From NCBI RefSeq assembly GCF_018977255.1, contig NW_024704745.1, positions 23,002,001 through 23,066,000 on the forward strand: a stretch of DNA of 64,000 bases, given 5' to 3'. Origin of the DNA: Callorhinchus milii. Taxonomy: Eukaryota. Numbering within the stretch: the stretch's first letter is position 1; every line of letters starts with the position of its first letter. The notes under the pieces are model-generated. The model was not told the DNA's origin and searched no databases. It saw only the letters and a program-made list of their open reading frames with translations. Positions 62,428 through 64,000 of this stretch are shown here, piece by piece. The position numbers and the translations under genes are program-made.

Positions 62428-62680
62428 ATAACATGCCTTTATGTAGCTCCCTTCTTACAGGTCAGCATCTCAGAGCTCTTACCCGTGGCGGAGCACGATG
62501 CCCAACCGGGGTGAGGGAGGAGGTGACTGTAAGCACAGTCGAAGAGGGAGGTCTTTAGTCATGTTCTGAAAGAGGGGAAGAAAGGGGCAAGGCAGAGGAA
62601 TTGAGGGAGAGAGTTCGAAAGCTTCGGCCGCCAATGGTGGAGAGAAGGGGACCAGAGACAGGCAGGAGGCCAGAGCAAAA
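62428..62680 (-). mobile_element. L2 3' fragment
   Basis: gcacagtcgaagagggaggtc...ggggcaaggcagagg...gccgccaatggtggag. Confidence 0.75.
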
Positions 62681-62999
62681 AGGGCATCTTATTCAATAAT
62701 ATCTTATTTGCCAAGATACAATTTGTCTAGATCAGAAGTGAACTAGTTACTAAGAAATCAAGAAACAAATTAACTATTACTATGAAACTAATAAAACTTG
62801 AAGTTCAATTTAGTCAGCTCAAGTTGAAATTGCTATATTTTCATCATTGATTCAGTAAGTGATGCAAAGACTGTCCAATCAAAAGAATGCACTGTATTCT
62901 CTGCATCACAGCTAGAATGTGACATGCCTACTTCATTTTTTAATATCCAATATTTTAATATTTGATATCAGACTCCCATTCTTCTATTCTTATATAAAT

Positions 63000-63198
63000 C
63001 GCCATTCTGCCTCCGCTCTCTGGAACTCCATCTCAGAGTTCCTCTGCCTCACCCCCTCATTCCTCACATTTAAAACCCTCCTGAAGAACTATCTTTTTGA
63101 CTGCGCTTTCAGTCATTTTTCAACCTTCAGTTTTCAACCGGGGTGGGGGGGGGGGGTGCGTACTTTGAGACATCCTTGAAACATGAAAGGTGTTGTTG
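63000..63198 (+). mobile_element. L2 3' fragment
   Basis: Translates to SASALWNSISEFLCLTPSFLTFKTLLKNYLFDCAF. Confidence 0.8.
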
Positions 63199-64000
63199 CT
63201 TATCTCCTGTAAGCCTACTGGAGCAAATTATTCAAAAACAGAAAAGGTGTACCAAAGACATTTATTGTACAGACAACGATAAAGGCTCAATGGCTAAGTA
63301 CATCAGCTCCCATTAGTATGGGATATGCTGCGCAGAGAGACCAAAAGGAAAAACATATGAGCAACTGTTTTTTCTTGGTCAGCCAGGTGTCTGACACATG
63401 CAGAAACTCATTGCCACGCTTAAGAGTATCCAAACCCAGATGAGAATTCCATGCATCCCAGTTATTCTAAATTACAAATATATTCATATTTATTTGAGAC
63501 TTAAGAATAAACTATTTTATTTAAATGTTCACAATTTGGGAATATAAAAAATCATAATAATGAAAATTAAATAAAAAATGAAAGAAATCTTAGAAATAGT
63601 TTAATAAAGTTGGCAAAACCATGAAAGAATACTAAGGCTGAGTTGTTTTTTTCTTGAAAGGACTGATGATATAAAAATATTCACTAATTACCAACACTAT
63701 TGTGTCCCAAAATTCAATAGTATCCCATTAAATCCAATAATTACAACATCCTAAGAATAGCATAGACATGGCTAAATAGCTCATATTAACTTAATTTAAG
63801 CCTTTATGTACAAGGATATATTTGTGAGGCTTTCATTAAAGATCAGTGTTGTGGAAAAGGTGAAAAATGGTCAAACATTTATAGCTTTTGTCATTGCCAG
63901 AGTGAGTTCTAATTAAAAGTAGTTTATCTCATTGAATATATTTATTGCAAGATCAACATGAAAATGGCTCAAACAGAAATGCTAAACTAAGATTCACATA

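Noticed and set aside
1-64000. Retron, DGR or other prokaryotic RT-based system
   Set aside because: All RT sequence is non-LTR L2 or CR1 type (YADD, GVPQGS, LINE tails, TSDs), with no operon structure or accessory genes.

Overview
This is eukaryotic, AT-rich, repeat-dense DNA with no confidently identifiable host gene, so it is probably intronic or intergenic. The repeats are L2-clade LINEs with (TTG)n tails, Deu-domain SINEs, CR1 3' ends and AmnSINE2-like relics. That mix suggests a vertebrate, most likely a cartilaginous fish such as a chimaera (inference). The centre (33.0-37.9 kb) is a cluster of three young L2 insertions, each with a readable target-site duplication (TSD): a 5'-truncated family-A copy, a family-B copy with both ends intact but the endonuclease core deleted, and a family-A copy nested antisense inside it. 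A young tRNA-Ala-headed SINE and an older DeuSINE share a covarying 3' stem-loop with the L2s but end in (TTA)n instead. Less obvious items are an R4/Dong-type endonuclease relic in a (TAA)n tract, possible Gypsy, L1-ORF1 and RTE relics, a TIR-like relic, an orphan exon with an NDK-like motif, a CpG/TATA island between two divergent SINEs, and candidate enhancers. I found no CRISPR array, operon or clearly new multi-gene system. Family names come from recalled motifs, not database searches, and boundaries of old repeats are approximate.
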